Source: an uncultured candidate division Zixibacteria bacterium (GTDB taxonomy: Bacteria; Zixibacteria; MSB-5A5; GN15; FEB-12). From it: a stretch of 64,000 nt of DNA. The translations under genes were made by a program, and so were the position numbers. The notes under the pieces are model-generated. The model did not search any database, was not told the origin of the DNA, and worked only from the letters and a program-made list of their open reading frames with translations. Shown here in pieces: positions 51,692-63,438 of the stretch. The stretch lies in NCBI GenBank assembly GCA_963806185.1, contig CAWDXE010000005.1, forward strand, positions 32,001 through 96,000, written 5' to 3'. The first letter of the stretch is position 1. Every line of letters starts with the position of its first letter.

Positions 51692-53262
51692 TGCTGATGC
51701 TCCCGGAGGATTTTTCCGACGGCGGCGATATCCGGATCGGACTTGATCACTTCAACATACCCGGCGTATTCGCCGCGAGCGCGGGTGACGGCGATTTCGC
51801 GAAGGCGATTCCTGATGTACCGGCCGTTCTGGTGGAACTGTTCGTGATCGAGTGATTTGACGCGATCGACCAGTTGATTGATCACTCGAAACGTGGCGGG
51901 TGAGGCCGAGTCGATAGCCGCAGCGATCACCAGCTGACGGGCGGACTCGGTCAGTGGGGAACGAAAAGAGAATCCACTCTGTTCGGCGTATGCGTATAGC
52001 GAATCGATCCAGGCGTCGGCCATGTCCGCATGATCGCTCTGGGCGAGGATGGCATCCTGGTGACGGGCGGTGAAGTCGAACAGGAGGCCGCCAATTTCGA
52101 TGGCGCGGACGAAGGGGGTTTCCTCGCGGAATTGCAGCGGGTAGTCGGGAGCGAGGCCCTGGCCGGTGTCGTGCAGGACAGAGTCGAGCGCGTTGAGGAA
52201 TACCTTACCTTCAAGATAGTAGCGCGAGATGGTGAGGCGGGTGCCGCTGCCGTCGGGCCAGCGGGTGAAGCCCTGCACCAGTCCCTTGCCGAACGTCGTG
52301 TCACCGACCAGAATGGCTCGCTTATTTTGGCGCAGGGCGCCGGCGACGATTTCGGAGGCGGAGGCAGAGCCGCGGTCGACGACGATGGCGATGGGGAGCC
52401 CGCCGGTGATATCCGTTTCTTTGGTGCGATACTCATCTTCGCGCCAGCGCGAGCGTCCCTCCAGCCCGACGACGAGGTCGCCCTCGTTGAGTAACAGCTC
52501 GGCGGTCTTAATGGCTTCGTTGAGCTGGCCGCCGGGGTTGTTGCGGAGATCGATAATCAGGCCATGAGGTTTCCCACCGGGCTTATTAAGGAGCGAATCG
52601 AGGGCGGCGCGCAATTCGTCGGAGACGCCGGCGTCAAAATCGAGGATGCGCACATAGAGCAGCGAATCGGGAGTGATCCCGGCGAAGGGGATGTGAACGA
52701 GATCGATTTTCGCCCGGGTGACGGTAGTGGCGAGCGTGTCACCGGTGGCCGGACGAAAGAGAGTGATGCGGACAGTGGTGCCCTCTTCGCCCCTCAGGTG
52801 CGAGGAGGCATCGCGCATAGCGCTGCCGGCAAGATCCACGGAATCGGCCTTGAGGAGGATATCGCCGTTGGCAATGCCGGCGCGGGAGGCGGGTCCGTTT
52901 TCGCGGACCGACTGAACCTGCAGGCCATCGGCGTGGCGGATGATAGTGACGCCGATGCCGCCGTAGCTGCCCTCCTCTTCCTCATCCATCTGCCGGAACT
53001 GCCAGGGTTCGACATAGCTGGAGAACCGATCGAGGTGTTCAAACATGCCATTGATGGCGTTGTTGGTGAGGGTGTCGAGGTTGACCGGCTCGGGATAGAT
53101 ATGCTGAATAGTGTAGGCGACGTCGCGGAAGAGCATGGCGGTGCGGATGGAAGGGTCAGTGGCGACGTAGATGGCCATGCCGCCATTGAGCAGAACGATG
53201 AGGACGACGAGGAGGGCGGCCAGGAGAATGTTGCGCCGGGCGAGCGTATAGTCGGTTGTCAT
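51688..53262 (-). CDS. ctpA: C-terminal processing protease, S41 family, with PDZ domain
   Basis: YGGIGV, IDLRNNPGG, SASASEIVAGAL, TFGKGLVQ. Confidence 0.92.
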   Translation of the reverse strand: MTTDYTLARRNILLAALLVVLIVLLNGGMAIYVATDPSIRTAMLFRDVAYTIQHIYPEPVNLDTLTNNAINGMFEHLDRFSSYVEPWQFRQMDEEEEGSYGGIGVTIIRHADGLQVQSVRENGPASRAGIANGDILLKADSVDLAGSAMRDASSHLRGEEGTTVRITLFRPATGDTLATTVTRAKIDLVHIPFAGITPDSLLYVRILDFDAGVSDELRAALDSLLNKPGGKPHGLIIDLRNNPGGQLNEAIKTAELLLNEGDLVVGLEGRSRWREDEYRTKETDITGGLPIAIVVDRGSASASEIVAGALRQNKRAILVGDTTFGKGLVQGFTRWPDGSGTRLTISRYYLEGKVFLNALDSVLHDTGQGLAPDYPLQFREETPFVRAIEIGGLLFDFTARHQDAILAQSDHADMADAWIDSLYAYAEQSGFSFRSPLTESARQLVIAAAIDSASPATFRVINQLVDRVKSLDHEQFHQNGRYIRNRLREIAVTRARGEYAGYVEVIKSDPDIAAVGKILREHQQ

Positions 53263-53888
53263 TTGAGGCGAAGTTTCTCTTTGACCAGGTGAATGACTTC
53301 GGCGGCGACAATTTCGACAGGGCGGGCGGTTTTTACCACGTGGATGCGCCGGGGTTCGCGTTTGGCGATTTCCAGGTAGCCGCGCCGCACTCGATTGAAG
53401 AAGACCCGGGACTGGGCCTCGAGACGGTCGGGGGTCTTGCCGCGCCGTCCATAGGAGGCGCGCAAATCAAGATCAAACAACAAAGTCAGGGCAGGTTTGA
53501 TGCGGCCCACGGCAATCTGGTGGAGTCGGCGAACCACTGGGAGGGGGATGCCGCGACCGTAGCCCTGGTAGGCGGTGGTGCTGTCATAGAAGCGGTCGCA
53601 GAGGACGATTTCGCCCTGAGCGAGTGCGGGTTCGATTTCCCGCCAGGTGAGTTCGGCGCGGGCGGCCTCGTAGAGGAGGAGTTCGGCGAGATCGGTAATA
53701 TCGAGGCGGCGGTCGAGGAGGATTTCGCGGATGCGTTCGGCGGCTTTGGTGGAGCCGGGTTCGCGCAGGACGACCACGGAGAGGTTGCGTTGGCGCAGGA
53801 AGGACTCGACTCGTTTGAGGTGAGTCGATTTGCCGGAGCCATCGATCCCTTCGAAAGTGATCAGTTTGCCGCGGGGAGATTTGGTCAT
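53259..53888 (-). CDS. tmk: Thymidylate kinase
   Basis: FEGIDGSGKST, REPG, CDRFYDST.AYQG. Confidence 0.96.
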   Translation of the reverse strand: MTKSPRGKLITFEGIDGSGKSTHLKRVESFLRQRNLSVVVLREPGSTKAAERIREILLDRRLDITDLAELLLYEAARAELTWREIEPALAQGEIVLCDRFYDSTTAYQGYGRGIPLPVVRRLHQIAVGRIKPALTLLFDLDLRASYGRRGKTPDRLEAQSRVFFNRVRRGYLEIAKREPRRIHVVKTARPVEIVAAEVIHLVKEKLRLK

Positions 53889-53921
53889 GGGACGTGTTCC
53901 GTGCACCTCAGGAATCTCGTT

Positions 53922-54536
53922 TTAAGGCAGCCGAGTCGGCACTCCCGGATTATGAATATAGGGCTTTGTCTCGAGAATTTCGAATTGAACTTCCTTCAAT
54001 TCTTCGGCCAGGACCTTGCCTGTCGTTCGATCGATCATGTGCATTTTGACACCGACACGAAGGTCATGTCTTCCGCACTTATCCGGGATGTTAATGGCCG
54101 TGTCGACAATGAAGCCGACGGGTTGCAGCTTACCGTTTGCATACTCCAAGTCAGTGGCCGACCCGACGTACTGGTTTGGTCTCTTTTCCTTTGACCGGGC
54201 CGCAATCCACTCTCCCTCGGTCTGCGGATGCAGACAAAATGTGTTTGTCAGGCATTGACCTGAGAAACAGAGGCTGTCCACCACCAGAATTGGGATAGTA
54301 TCCAGTCGGGTTGTGTCATGGTGTGCCGACATAAAGCGGAGGGCGCAGCTAACGTATCCCAACCTCTCCGCCGGGCCACCGAAGAGCGAAAGATTGTACC
54401 TGTCGAACAACGGGACCCGCTGCTCTGATCTTTCGGCTCTGAAAGACCGAACCGGTGCGAACGTGCAAGTGACTACGCATGCTGCGAAAACAATCAGAGT
54501 CGGAACAACTACCTGCTTTACTGATCGCATAGACAT
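53922..54536 (-). CDS. Hypothetical exported protein
   Basis: N-terminal hydrophobic stretch with Cys; fills the gap between ino1 and tmk. Confidence 0.55.
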   Translation of the reverse strand: MSMRSVKQVVVPTLIVFAACVVTCTFAPVRSFRAERSEQRVPLFDRYNLSLFGGPAERLGYVSCALRFMSAHHDTTRLDTIPILVVDSLCFSGQCLTNTFCLHPQTEGEWIAARSKEKRPNQYVGSATDLEYANGKLQPVGFIVDTAINIPDKCGRHDLRVGVKMHMIDRTTGKVLAEELKEVQFEILETKPYIHNPGVPTRLP

Positions 54537-54655
54537 CCGGCGCCCCATCCTGCAAACATTGCGGCGGCTTCGTCTCAGCTTATCTCAAAAAGAAACCGGC
54601 GGCAGGCTTTCGCCATACCGCCGGAAAGGTACGCAGTGCGCAAATGCGTGCCAAT

Positions 54656-55849
<1,194 letters not shown>

Positions 55850-56023
55850 AGTACTGAATTCCCTTTATGTCTTGCCGTTACAGTTTGTCACGGACAGTAG
55901 TTTTCTATGCTTTGAGTATACTTCGCTTGAGAAGGGGGGGTCAAATGCAATTTGCGTACCGGGGCAAAATATATAATATTAGTTCATATATCATGACCGT
56001 GTAGTCACTTCGGAGGTAAGCGC

Positions 56024-56671
56024 GTGCTTGATGAAAATGTCGTGGCACAACTGGTTAAGCGTAAAGTGGCGAGCGACACGTTCCGGCGGCTGGCACCGGA
56101 GAAGAAAGAGCTGGTCTATCGTGCGGCGCTTCGGTTGTTCGGGGAATACGGATATGACGGGTTAAGTGTTGAACAACTGTGCAAAGAAGCATCGATCTCC
56201 AAGGGGTCGTTCTTCCAGTACTTTCCGTCAAAGAGCCATTTGCTGGAGTTTGCCCTGCTGGTATTTGACGACTACCTGGCGAAGTGGGTGGCGGAGGTGC
56301 GGCGGAATGAAAAGGCGGTGTTGGCGCGGGACCGGCTGAAGTATCTGTATGACGCGCTGGTGGTGAACACCAAGTTCTTTTCCGCCGAGAAGTCGTTTTA
56401 TCTCTTTGCGACGAGCGCGATCGATCATTCTGCGGTGGCGATCGAGGGGATCGACCTGGAGCGGCACTTTCATCAGCATATAGCAGAGATTATCGAGCGG
56501 GGTGAGAAGACGGGAGAGATACGGGGCGATTTCGACGTCGAGCAGACGGGCTACCTGGTGTCGATCATCATGCAGGCGCTGGTGAGCCGTCATTTTTCGG
56601 CGACCCGGCGCCCCCGGCTTCAGACGGGGGCGTACCTGGTGTCGTTTTTGTTTGACGGGATCAAGGCATAG
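56024..56671 (+). CDS. TetR/AcrR family regulator
   Basis: HTH LFGEYGYDGLSVEQLC...SKGSFFQYFPSK; GGAGG RBS; TGAC-N6-GTCA dyad at 55994-56007. Confidence 0.9.
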   Translation: MLDENVVAQLVKRKVASDTFRRLAPEKKELVYRAALRLFGEYGYDGLSVEQLCKEASISKGSFFQYFPSKSHLLEFALLVFDDYLAKWVAEVRRNEKAVLARDRLKYLYDALVVNTKFFSAEKSFYLFATSAIDHSAVAIEGIDLERHFHQHIAEIIERGEKTGEIRGDFDVEQTGYLVSIIMQALVSRHFSATRRPRLQTGAYLVSFLFDGIKA

Positions 56672-56685
56672 CCGGCGCGCGACGG

Positions 56686-58395
56686 TCACATGAGGTTATG
56701 CACGACGCGGGCGCGCAGGAGATACTGGTTGGTGTTCGTGTCATTCACGCTCAACTGGGGATATTCGTCGCCGGCCTCTGATTCGAAGGCAAAGCCGACC
56801 TGCAGGCTGGTCTGTATTTGCAGGCGGTAGGTGAAATTCAGGTTCAGGCGGAATTGGTGCCAGTCACTGGTGACCGAGCCGTCGTCAATCTCCGGGTCGG
56901 TATCGGACGGGACGTCCGTGTGGTGATAGCTGAATTTCTCGCTGCCGATCCGGCCGAGAATTCCACCGGTCAGTGATGTGCGGCCGTCGAAAAAGTAGCC
57001 GAGTGAGGCGGTGGCGTAGGCGTATTGAGAGTGGTCGTAGTCGCGCGTGACCACGTCAGTGTGACTATAGTACGAATCACCCAAGGTTTCGCTGGTGGTC
57101 GAGTCTTTGGCGGAGGGGTCAAAGGCGAGCCTCCCCCCTGCGTCGGCGTCAAATTGCCAATGGGTATTCAGCGGGCGGTGGTATTCCACAATGGCGGTCA
57201 CAACCGGTTTGCGAATGTTCTCATAGTGGTAATCCTTATCCCAGCCAGACCATTCATACGAATCAACTTCATTGGCGATCGTCTGGGAATAATCCTCGGT
57301 GACACTGCGGCTCTGCCGGGAGTAACTGATGCCGACGCCGGCACGGGCGCGCCAGCCGAATTGGCGTTTGATGCCGTACGATGAGGGGTAAAGGGCGTAA
57401 TCGTTGGCGCCGTGATACTCAGCGCCGGTGCCGACGGCCGACGGCCGTGGGTAGTAGTCCCAGATATCCGCAATGGCAGCGAATCCGGCCGGGCCGAGGT
57501 CATCGGTGAGATGTTCCGTACGAAGATAGTCGAGGATGGCTGTGAGCGACTGGATGCGATGTTGGCGGCTGTCGACGGCGTGGGTCTGCCAGCGGTGGAA
57601 GATCAGATCGGTTAGAGCCATCATCTGGTCGTGGCTCGGCTCGGCCTTCAGGAGGCCGGACTGGCGCAATTCGCTCATGATTGCCAGGGCAGTGTAGGCG
57701 AAACTGCCGTCGTAGACACGACCATAGCCCGGGAGCAATTCGGCATTGAGATTGAGGTAGCGATCATAGGACGATGATTTCGTTCGATTGTAGGTGCGTT
57801 GCCAATTATAGGTCGGATAGTAATACTCGGAATAGTATCGTTGTTCATAAAGCATGTCCGGGGTCCCATAATACGAGTAGTTCGCCGCACCACGCAGGGA
57901 GACGAACCAATCATTCTGCAGGTAGGAGCCATATTCGCCGGAGAGGTGCAGCCATGCTGCCTGTTCGCCGGCGTTGCGAGTCTGCTCGGCAGAGTAAGCT
58001 TCCCTGCCACCTTGTCCATCCGGGTAGTCGTTGATCCGCTCCCTTTTCTCTGAGTAGTGATTGTGATCCAAACGACCGCTCACGTTGAGCGACGACACCG
58101 TCCAGCGATCCACTCCCTGGTACTCGTACCGAGGCAGAGTGCTGAGGGTAATTGAGCGGTTGTTGTTATCGGTTTTTTGCCAGTCCTTGGTGGCGTAGCC
58201 GGTCGAATTGTAGTCAGTGTGGCTGTTATAACCCTGCCATTCGGTGTTACCGATCAGCGGCCATTGCAGGTCGCCGTAACCGATGGGGCGGTAGCTGGTG
58301 AGATCAAAGGGTTTCTGTTGTGCGCTCAGGGAAGATGAGAGAAGCAGGACGAGCACGAGAGTGCTCAATTTGAATGGTAAGCCCAAGTGTAGCAT
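56686..58395 (-). CDS. Secreted beta-strand-rich (outer-membrane-like) protein, paralog 1
   Basis: Signal peptide, Tyr/Ser/Asp-rich strands, PGYGRVYDGSFAYTA. Confidence 0.75.
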   Translation of the reverse strand: MLHLGLPFKLSTLVLVLLLSSSLSAQQKPFDLTSYRPIGYGDLQWPLIGNTEWQGYNSHTDYNSTGYATKDWQKTDNNNRSITLSTLPRYEYQGVDRWTVSSLNVSGRLDHNHYSEKRERINDYPDGQGGREAYSAEQTRNAGEQAAWLHLSGEYGSYLQNDWFVSLRGAANYSYYGTPDMLYEQRYYSEYYYPTYNWQRTYNRTKSSSYDRYLNLNAELLPGYGRVYDGSFAYTALAIMSELRQSGLLKAEPSHDQMMALTDLIFHRWQTHAVDSRQHRIQSLTAILDYLRTEHLTDDLGPAGFAAIADIWDYYPRPSAVGTGAEYHGANDYALYPSSYGIKRQFGWRARAGVGISYSRQSRSVTEDYSQTIANEVDSYEWSGWDKDYHYENIRKPVVTAIVEYHRPLNTHWQFDADAGGRLAFDPSAKDSTTSETLGDSYYSHTDVVTRDYDHSQYAYATASLGYFFDGRTSLTGGILGRIGSEKFSYHHTDVPSDTDPEIDDGSVTSDWHQFRLNLNFTYRLQIQTSLQVGFAFESEAGDEYPQLSVNDTNTNQYLLRARVVHNLM

Positions 58396-58547
58396 ACATT
58401 GGCTCCCGGAATGAGGATGGTGTGATATACGCCGACGAATCGGCGCAGGGACACTATTCTTACAAATGTATCATATATATTCTTCCCGGCAAGTTGACAA
58501 AAAGTGCGATTTTCTTTGGCATGAGCCAGCAGGAGCGGGAGCGCGGC

Positions 58548-60170
58548 TCAGATCAGGTAGTGGGTGAGTTTGATCGAGTAGTTGAGTCTGGCGGTTGTAC
58601 TCGGACGAGTGCTCGTGATATTCTGATTGTATCGCACATATGTGACTGTTACCCCCAGATTCGTGGGAACCGCCAGACGCCACCGGTAGGCGGTGGAGAC
58701 GGATAAATCGTAATGCGTTCCCCGAGAGGAGTTTTCGCCACGTCCGACCTGGGAATGCTCGACCGAATGGACCACCGCCAGCCGAATCGAATTGCGATAG
58801 TCAAAGATGTAGTCCAGGGCGAGATTGGTCGACATATCGTAACGATCGTGTTCGGTATTTGAAGTGGAATCGTGCGACACACTTACGGCTGACGAGTCAA
58901 GGTCGTAGGTTCTCACTTCGGACTTGGAGTTGTTCCCTGTTTGGAAGTAGCTGCTGGCTACAAGAGATGCCGAAGCCTGCCAATGAAAGGACAAGGGGCG
59001 ATACCATTCGACTCCACAACGGATAAACGACTCATACTCTTCTTGTTTGCTGTCAGTTGACTTAATGTACCTGTCATGTCCGACAACGCTAGAGGTATCG
59101 AGGGTGCTGTCAGTACTATGGAATTGCGTATATGACGAGTAGTAATCGAAAGTTTGCGATCGGTCAGTTTCATATCGTTGATAGAATCCACCGCAACCGA
59201 CGCGTATGCGCCAGCCGAACGGTCGGCCACCACTGCTTGCGAGCGATGACGGGCGCACAGTGGAGGACGGAGGCATCTCACTTCCGATCGCCACGCCGGA
59301 CACAAAATAATCCCAAACGTCGATCAAATACACCGGCGCCGTAATGTCGCTTTCGGCAATGATGCCTTGGGTTACAAGGTAGGCAACGATGGCCTCGATG
59401 GCGACGATTCGATGATCCCGCGAATCGATGGGTCTGAACTTGCGATACCATTGGATGGTGTCACAGAGCGAGGCATATTCCGCGGCGCTGGGCGACCGTT
59501 GGAGTAGATTCTTCTTCTTCAGGACGTTTATCATTGATATGGCCGTATAGGCGAAACTGCCTTCGTAGACACGCCCTACACCGGGCATCAATTCGCCCGA
59601 GAATCGCCAGTTCCGGTCGATCCGTTCGTTCTGATCATCAGTCCATGAATCGCCTACGTTCTCATAGAGCGTCCCTATCACGTGCTGATGGGTGTGCATT
59701 TTACGGTGATCAGGAGAAGTCTCGGCGTATCCACCCTCGAATTCGCCAATAAACGACAGAAAGGCATTCCCCTTTACGAAGCGGGCATACTCAACTTGAG
59801 GGTACACAGAGATACTATATTGCTGCCTCTTTTCCCAGTCTGTGATGTAGTTTTCTGGAATGTAAGTTGACGTGTGCGTCTCATCATATTTCTCAAGCGC
59901 GCCGGCGAGGCCGGTAGACAGAGAGAAGCGGCTGAAAACCTGCGGCGTATATGAGTACATGTACAATCGACTGTTGGCGCGAGCGGTGACGGCGTCGCTT
60001 GGCCGAGATTCAGTCCCGCCCAGCGATCCGTCGACATACCACCGCCACTGCGTGAAGTGGGTTGGGATATAACTGGTAATGGTGAAGGTCGAATCCTGTG
60101 AATAGACTGAACTGCCCAAAAGCGAAGAAGCGATGATTAAGGCGTATGCGAATCTTTTGGCGCTTCCCAT
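58548..60170 (-). CDS. Secreted beta-strand-rich (outer-membrane-like) protein, paralog 2
   Basis: Signal peptide, PGVGRVYEGSFAYTA, DSRDHRI, WDY and FGWR shared with paralog 1. Confidence 0.75.
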   Translation of the reverse strand: MGSAKRFAYALIIASSLLGSSVYSQDSTFTITSYIPTHFTQWRWYVDGSLGGTESRPSDAVTARANSRLYMYSYTPQVFSRFSLSTGLAGALEKYDETHTSTYIPENYITDWEKRQQYSISVYPQVEYARFVKGNAFLSFIGEFEGGYAETSPDHRKMHTHQHVIGTLYENVGDSWTDDQNERIDRNWRFSGELMPGVGRVYEGSFAYTAISMINVLKKKNLLQRSPSAAEYASLCDTIQWYRKFRPIDSRDHRIVAIEAIVAYLVTQGIIAESDITAPVYLIDVWDYFVSGVAIGSEMPPSSTVRPSSLASSGGRPFGWRIRVGCGGFYQRYETDRSQTFDYYSSYTQFHSTDSTLDTSSVVGHDRYIKSTDSKQEEYESFIRCGVEWYRPLSFHWQASASLVASSYFQTGNNSKSEVRTYDLDSSAVSVSHDSTSNTEHDRYDMSTNLALDYIFDYRNSIRLAVVHSVEHSQVGRGENSSRGTHYDLSVSTAYRWRLAVPTNLGVTVTYVRYNQNITSTRPSTTARLNYSIKLTHYLI

Positions 60171-60292
60171 CGGTAACCTCCCGAAAGACGACTGCGGAAC
60201 AACGTGCCAGAGCCGGCACATTGACAATCAGGTGCAGTATACGCGACGGGAGCCGGGGCGTCAACGAGAAAATGTAGCAGTCAGTCGATTAA

Positions 60293-60634
60293 TCAGTACA
60301 GGCGCGCGCCGATTTCGGCCTCGTCGAAAGGACGGGCCATTGAGAGCCCTCCCCCGACCTTATTGACACCAAGCACGAGCACCTCGGACATGAAGCCGCC
60401 GATGTTCTTGGGGGCGAAGTTCACGACGGCCAGGCATTGCTTGTTGAGCAGTTGTTCGGGCGAATAGTCTTTCTTGAAACGGGCGGAAGACTGTTTGACA
60501 CCGATCGCAGGGCCAAAATCAATTTTCAATTTGTAGGTGGGGACGCGGGCACGTTCGAAATCGGTGACCTCAATAATTTTGCCAACGCGGATGTCGACTT
60601 TCTCGAAGTCGTCAAAGGAAATGATTTCGGTCAT
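60293..60634 (-). CDS. csaA: tRNA-binding/export chaperone CsaA (OB fold)
   Basis: DFEKVDIRVG, IDFG..IGVKQSSA, VVNFAPKNIGGFMSEVLVLG. Confidence 0.9.
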   Translation of the reverse strand: MTEIISFDDFEKVDIRVGKIIEVTDFERARVPTYKLKIDFGPAIGVKQSSARFKKDYSPEQLLNKQCLAVVNFAPKNIGGFMSEVLVLGVNKVGGGLSMARPFDEAEIGARLY

Positions 60635-60636
60635 AA

Positions 60637-61209
60637 TTACTTGGTGCGGTCAAAGGTGAAGCGGTCATAGGCGAAGATCTCCTCGGGCGCTTTGCGCGTG
60701 CGGGGAGCCTCGTCTTTTTTGCGCGTGCGTTCGTCGAGCTGATCGAGCGATCCCTGGTAGCCGACGGTGATGATGCACTGAACGTGGTATTCGTCGGGGA
60801 TGTCGAGCGCCGTTTTGAGCGCAAAGGCATCGTAGCCGCCCATCGGGTGGGCCAGCAGACCTTCGTCGACTGTGGCAAGCAGGAATGACATGACGGCCAG
60901 GCCGCAGCCAAACTGGTAATACTGCACGGGATCATCGGTGCGGATGGAATCGTCTTTCGGCCGAGAAATCACGGCGACAAGCAGGGGGGCGCGAACGGCC
61001 CAGTCGTTCCATTTGGAGAGGCATTTGATGAATTTGGCGTGCTGTTCGCGGTCGCGCACAAAGATGAATTTCCATGGCTGGTTATTGTTGCTGGAGGGTG
61101 ACCAGCGGGTGGCCTCGAGGATGCGATCGAGTTTGTCCTGTTCGATCGGTTTGTCGAGGAACGAGCGAAGCGATTTCCGACGAAAAAATATAGAATCGGG
61201 TGCGGGCAT
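60637..61209 (-). CDS. Nitroreductase family protein
   Basis: RRKSLRSF, SPSSNNNQPWKF, HPMGGYD. Confidence 0.9.
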   Translation of the reverse strand: MPAPDSIFFRRKSLRSFLDKPIEQDKLDRILEATRWSPSSNNNQPWKFIFVRDREQHAKFIKCLSKWNDWAVRAPLLVAVISRPKDDSIRTDDPVQYYQFGCGLAVMSFLLATVDEGLLAHPMGGYDAFALKTALDIPDEYHVQCIITVGYQGSLDQLDERTRKKDEAPRTRKAPEEIFAYDRFTFDRTK

Positions 61210-61618
61210 GGCTCCTCCCTGCCTGGGGTTGTACGTTGGGGGTAAGATATGGGGGAAGGGGGTGATGGGCAATAGGGACCCCTACGGCCCTCACCCCAAC
61301 CCTCTCCCGATGGGAGAGGGAGCAAGAGTGGCACAAAAGGTCGAGAACGTTTGCGTATGACGCGAACAGGGACCCATGGATTCTGGACAGGGGTCCAGAA
61401 TGACAATGTGAAAGGTATGTTATAGGTAAGTTGGCGCACGTGACGCATGCCAGCCACAGGATTTGAATGAAAGGTGCGGTCAGGCACGGGGGCCTGACCG
61501 CACGCAAGCCGCGTATGAAGAACCGGTGGACATCTGTCGGGTCTTTACGCGAGCAAGGCTCGCTCCAAGACCCGACCTACGGGGTCTACCCTACCAGAAC
61601 CATGACAACGATTGTGAA

Positions 61619-62554
61619 TTACTGGTTGACGGCGACGCGGACGCGATAATCATCCATCGCCAGAAGTTTCTTCTGGCGGTCGCGAACCATCGCTTCGGTC
61701 ATCACAAAATCGGGGCCGACATTTTCAATCATGATCGACGACGTGCACGAAGCGAAGCAGCCGGACTTGCGCAGATCGCCGCCGGTCTTGAGATATTCAA
61801 ACGTAAAGCCGGCCATGTACGTGTCCCCCGCGCCGGTAGCGTCGACCAGATCGATTTCGTACGGCGGGATATCAATGAAATTCTTGCCATCGTAAATGAC
61901 TGATCCGAGTTCGGCCAGAGTCACGATGACGATCTTTGGTCCCCATGATTTGATGATGCGCGCGGCCTCGTACGGATTCTCGCGGCAGTCGATGCCGGTG
62001 AGCACCTTGCCCTCGAGTTCGTTCGGCTTCACGATGTCGAACTGAGCAAGAGCGTCTTCGATACCGTCGGGTTTGTGATGAAAAATGCGACCGTCGTCGT
62101 GTGCGCCACGCAAGAGTCCCTGCGGATCGCAGAAGAAGTAACCGGAGAAGTTGCGGCGAATTTCGCGAATCTGCGAGAATGATACTTCACCGAGAATCGG
62201 GCCGATGAGCACACCCTCGGACTCGGCGTACAATCTGGGATCGATGGCAGCAATGTTGTCGGCACGGCCGAGGAGGTCGAGGGTGCGGTTGCCGAAATCG
62301 TCGTAATAGATCAGCGAGAAGCCGCCGGTTTCGCGCGAGGGCATGAGGGTGTGGTCGATGCCGTACTTAGTCAGATCGGAGCGGAACTTGTCGGCGAAAT
62401 CGGGGCCGACGGCACCAACGAGATGTGTCTTGGTGCCCAGTTTCGACAGAGCCAAAGCCGCGTTGGTGGAGCAGCCGGACAGGACTCGGCCGGGGGTCTG
62501 GATTTTCTGCGTTTTGATGAAATCGTAAACCGGGTTGCCGATGGCGATGATCAT
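61619..62554 (-). CDS. PfkB/ribokinase family carbohydrate kinase
   Basis: GAVGPD, KPNELE, VDATGAGDTY. Confidence 0.9.
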   Translation of the reverse strand: MIIAIGNPVYDFIKTQKIQTPGRVLSGCSTNAALALSKLGTKTHLVGAVGPDFADKFRSDLTKYGIDHTLMPSRETGGFSLIYYDDFGNRTLDLLGRADNIAAIDPRLYAESEGVLIGPILGEVSFSQIREIRRNFSGYFFCDPQGLLRGAHDDGRIFHHKPDGIEDALAQFDIVKPNELEGKVLTGIDCRENPYEAARIIKSWGPKIVIVTLAELGSVIYDGKNFIDIPPYEIDLVDATGAGDTYMAGFTFEYLKTGGDLRKSGCFASCTSSIMIENVGPDFVMTEAMVRDRQKKLLAMDDYRVRVAVNQ

Positions 62555-63198
62555 ACGTGCTTGCGATTGCCGAGGAGTTTTTTGGCGTAGACCATTCGTT
62601 GAATGGCGGTGATGATGGAAGTGGTGCCGACAATGATCAGCGCCAGTTCGAGCCAGCCGCCGCGCGGCCAAGTCCCCTTGGGCGCCCAGTGTTCGATGAC
62701 CGAGCCGACGATGATCAGGACGAATTTTTCCATTCGCCCCATGATGCCGACAGCGCAGTTTTCGATCTTGCCCATCGATTCGGCGGCGGCGCGGACGTAG
62801 GAGGCGATCAACATACCGAAAAGCGCGAACAGCCCCCAGCCGGGATTGACGGTGCCTGACAGGGTGATGCCGGCGAGGACGAAGAATTCGCCAAAGCGGT
62901 CGGAGACGTGATCGAGAATGCCGCCGTAGACGGTGCCCATGTTGCCGGCGCGCGCGGTAGAGCCGTCGAGCATATCGGTAAAGGCGGTGATAAGCATCCA
63001 GACGACGCCCCAGATCATCTTGGCCTGCCAGAAATAGATGCCGGAGATGATGGCGCAGATAAACGAGATGGCCGTAATGACGTTGGGGGTCAGGCCCAGT
63101 TTCAGGCAGATTTTGCCCAGAAAGAGGGAGGATTCCTCATACCATTGCCGTTTGCGCTGGTTGAAGGTGGGCGCTTCTTTGACCATTGGCTGTTGCAC
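62551..63198 (-). CDS. CDP-alcohol phosphatidyltransferase
   Basis: TPNVIT; DMLDGSTAR...GGILDHVSDR; SYVRAAAES...GIMGRME. Confidence 0.92.
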   Translation of the reverse strand: MQQPMVKEAPTFNQRKRQWYEESSLFLGKICLKLGLTPNVITAISFICAIISGIYFWQAKMIWGVVWMLITAFTDMLDGSTARAGNMGTVYGGILDHVSDRFGEFFVLAGITLSGTVNPGWGLFALFGMLIASYVRAAAESMGKIENCAVGIMGRMEKFVLIIVGSVIEHWAPKGTWPRGGWLELALIIVGTTSIITAIQRMVYAKKLLGNRKHV

Positions 63199-63438
63199 AG
63201 TGGGGGCAATATATGTCGCCGCACAGGCGAGGTCAATTGGGGGTTTTTTTGGGGGGGATTAAGAGGCACTGGCAAGCCGGAAAGCGTTCAGCAAACAGTA
63301 TAGATTTGAAATTGCTTCGTTGCGATAGGAATCGCGCCTCGCAATGAGTGTTGTAGGCGGGAACTTGAATGAAACGTCGTTTTGGCTCGTTTCCCCCTCC
63401 GATTGACTTTTGGCGGAGATAGGGGGATATTGCCGCCC

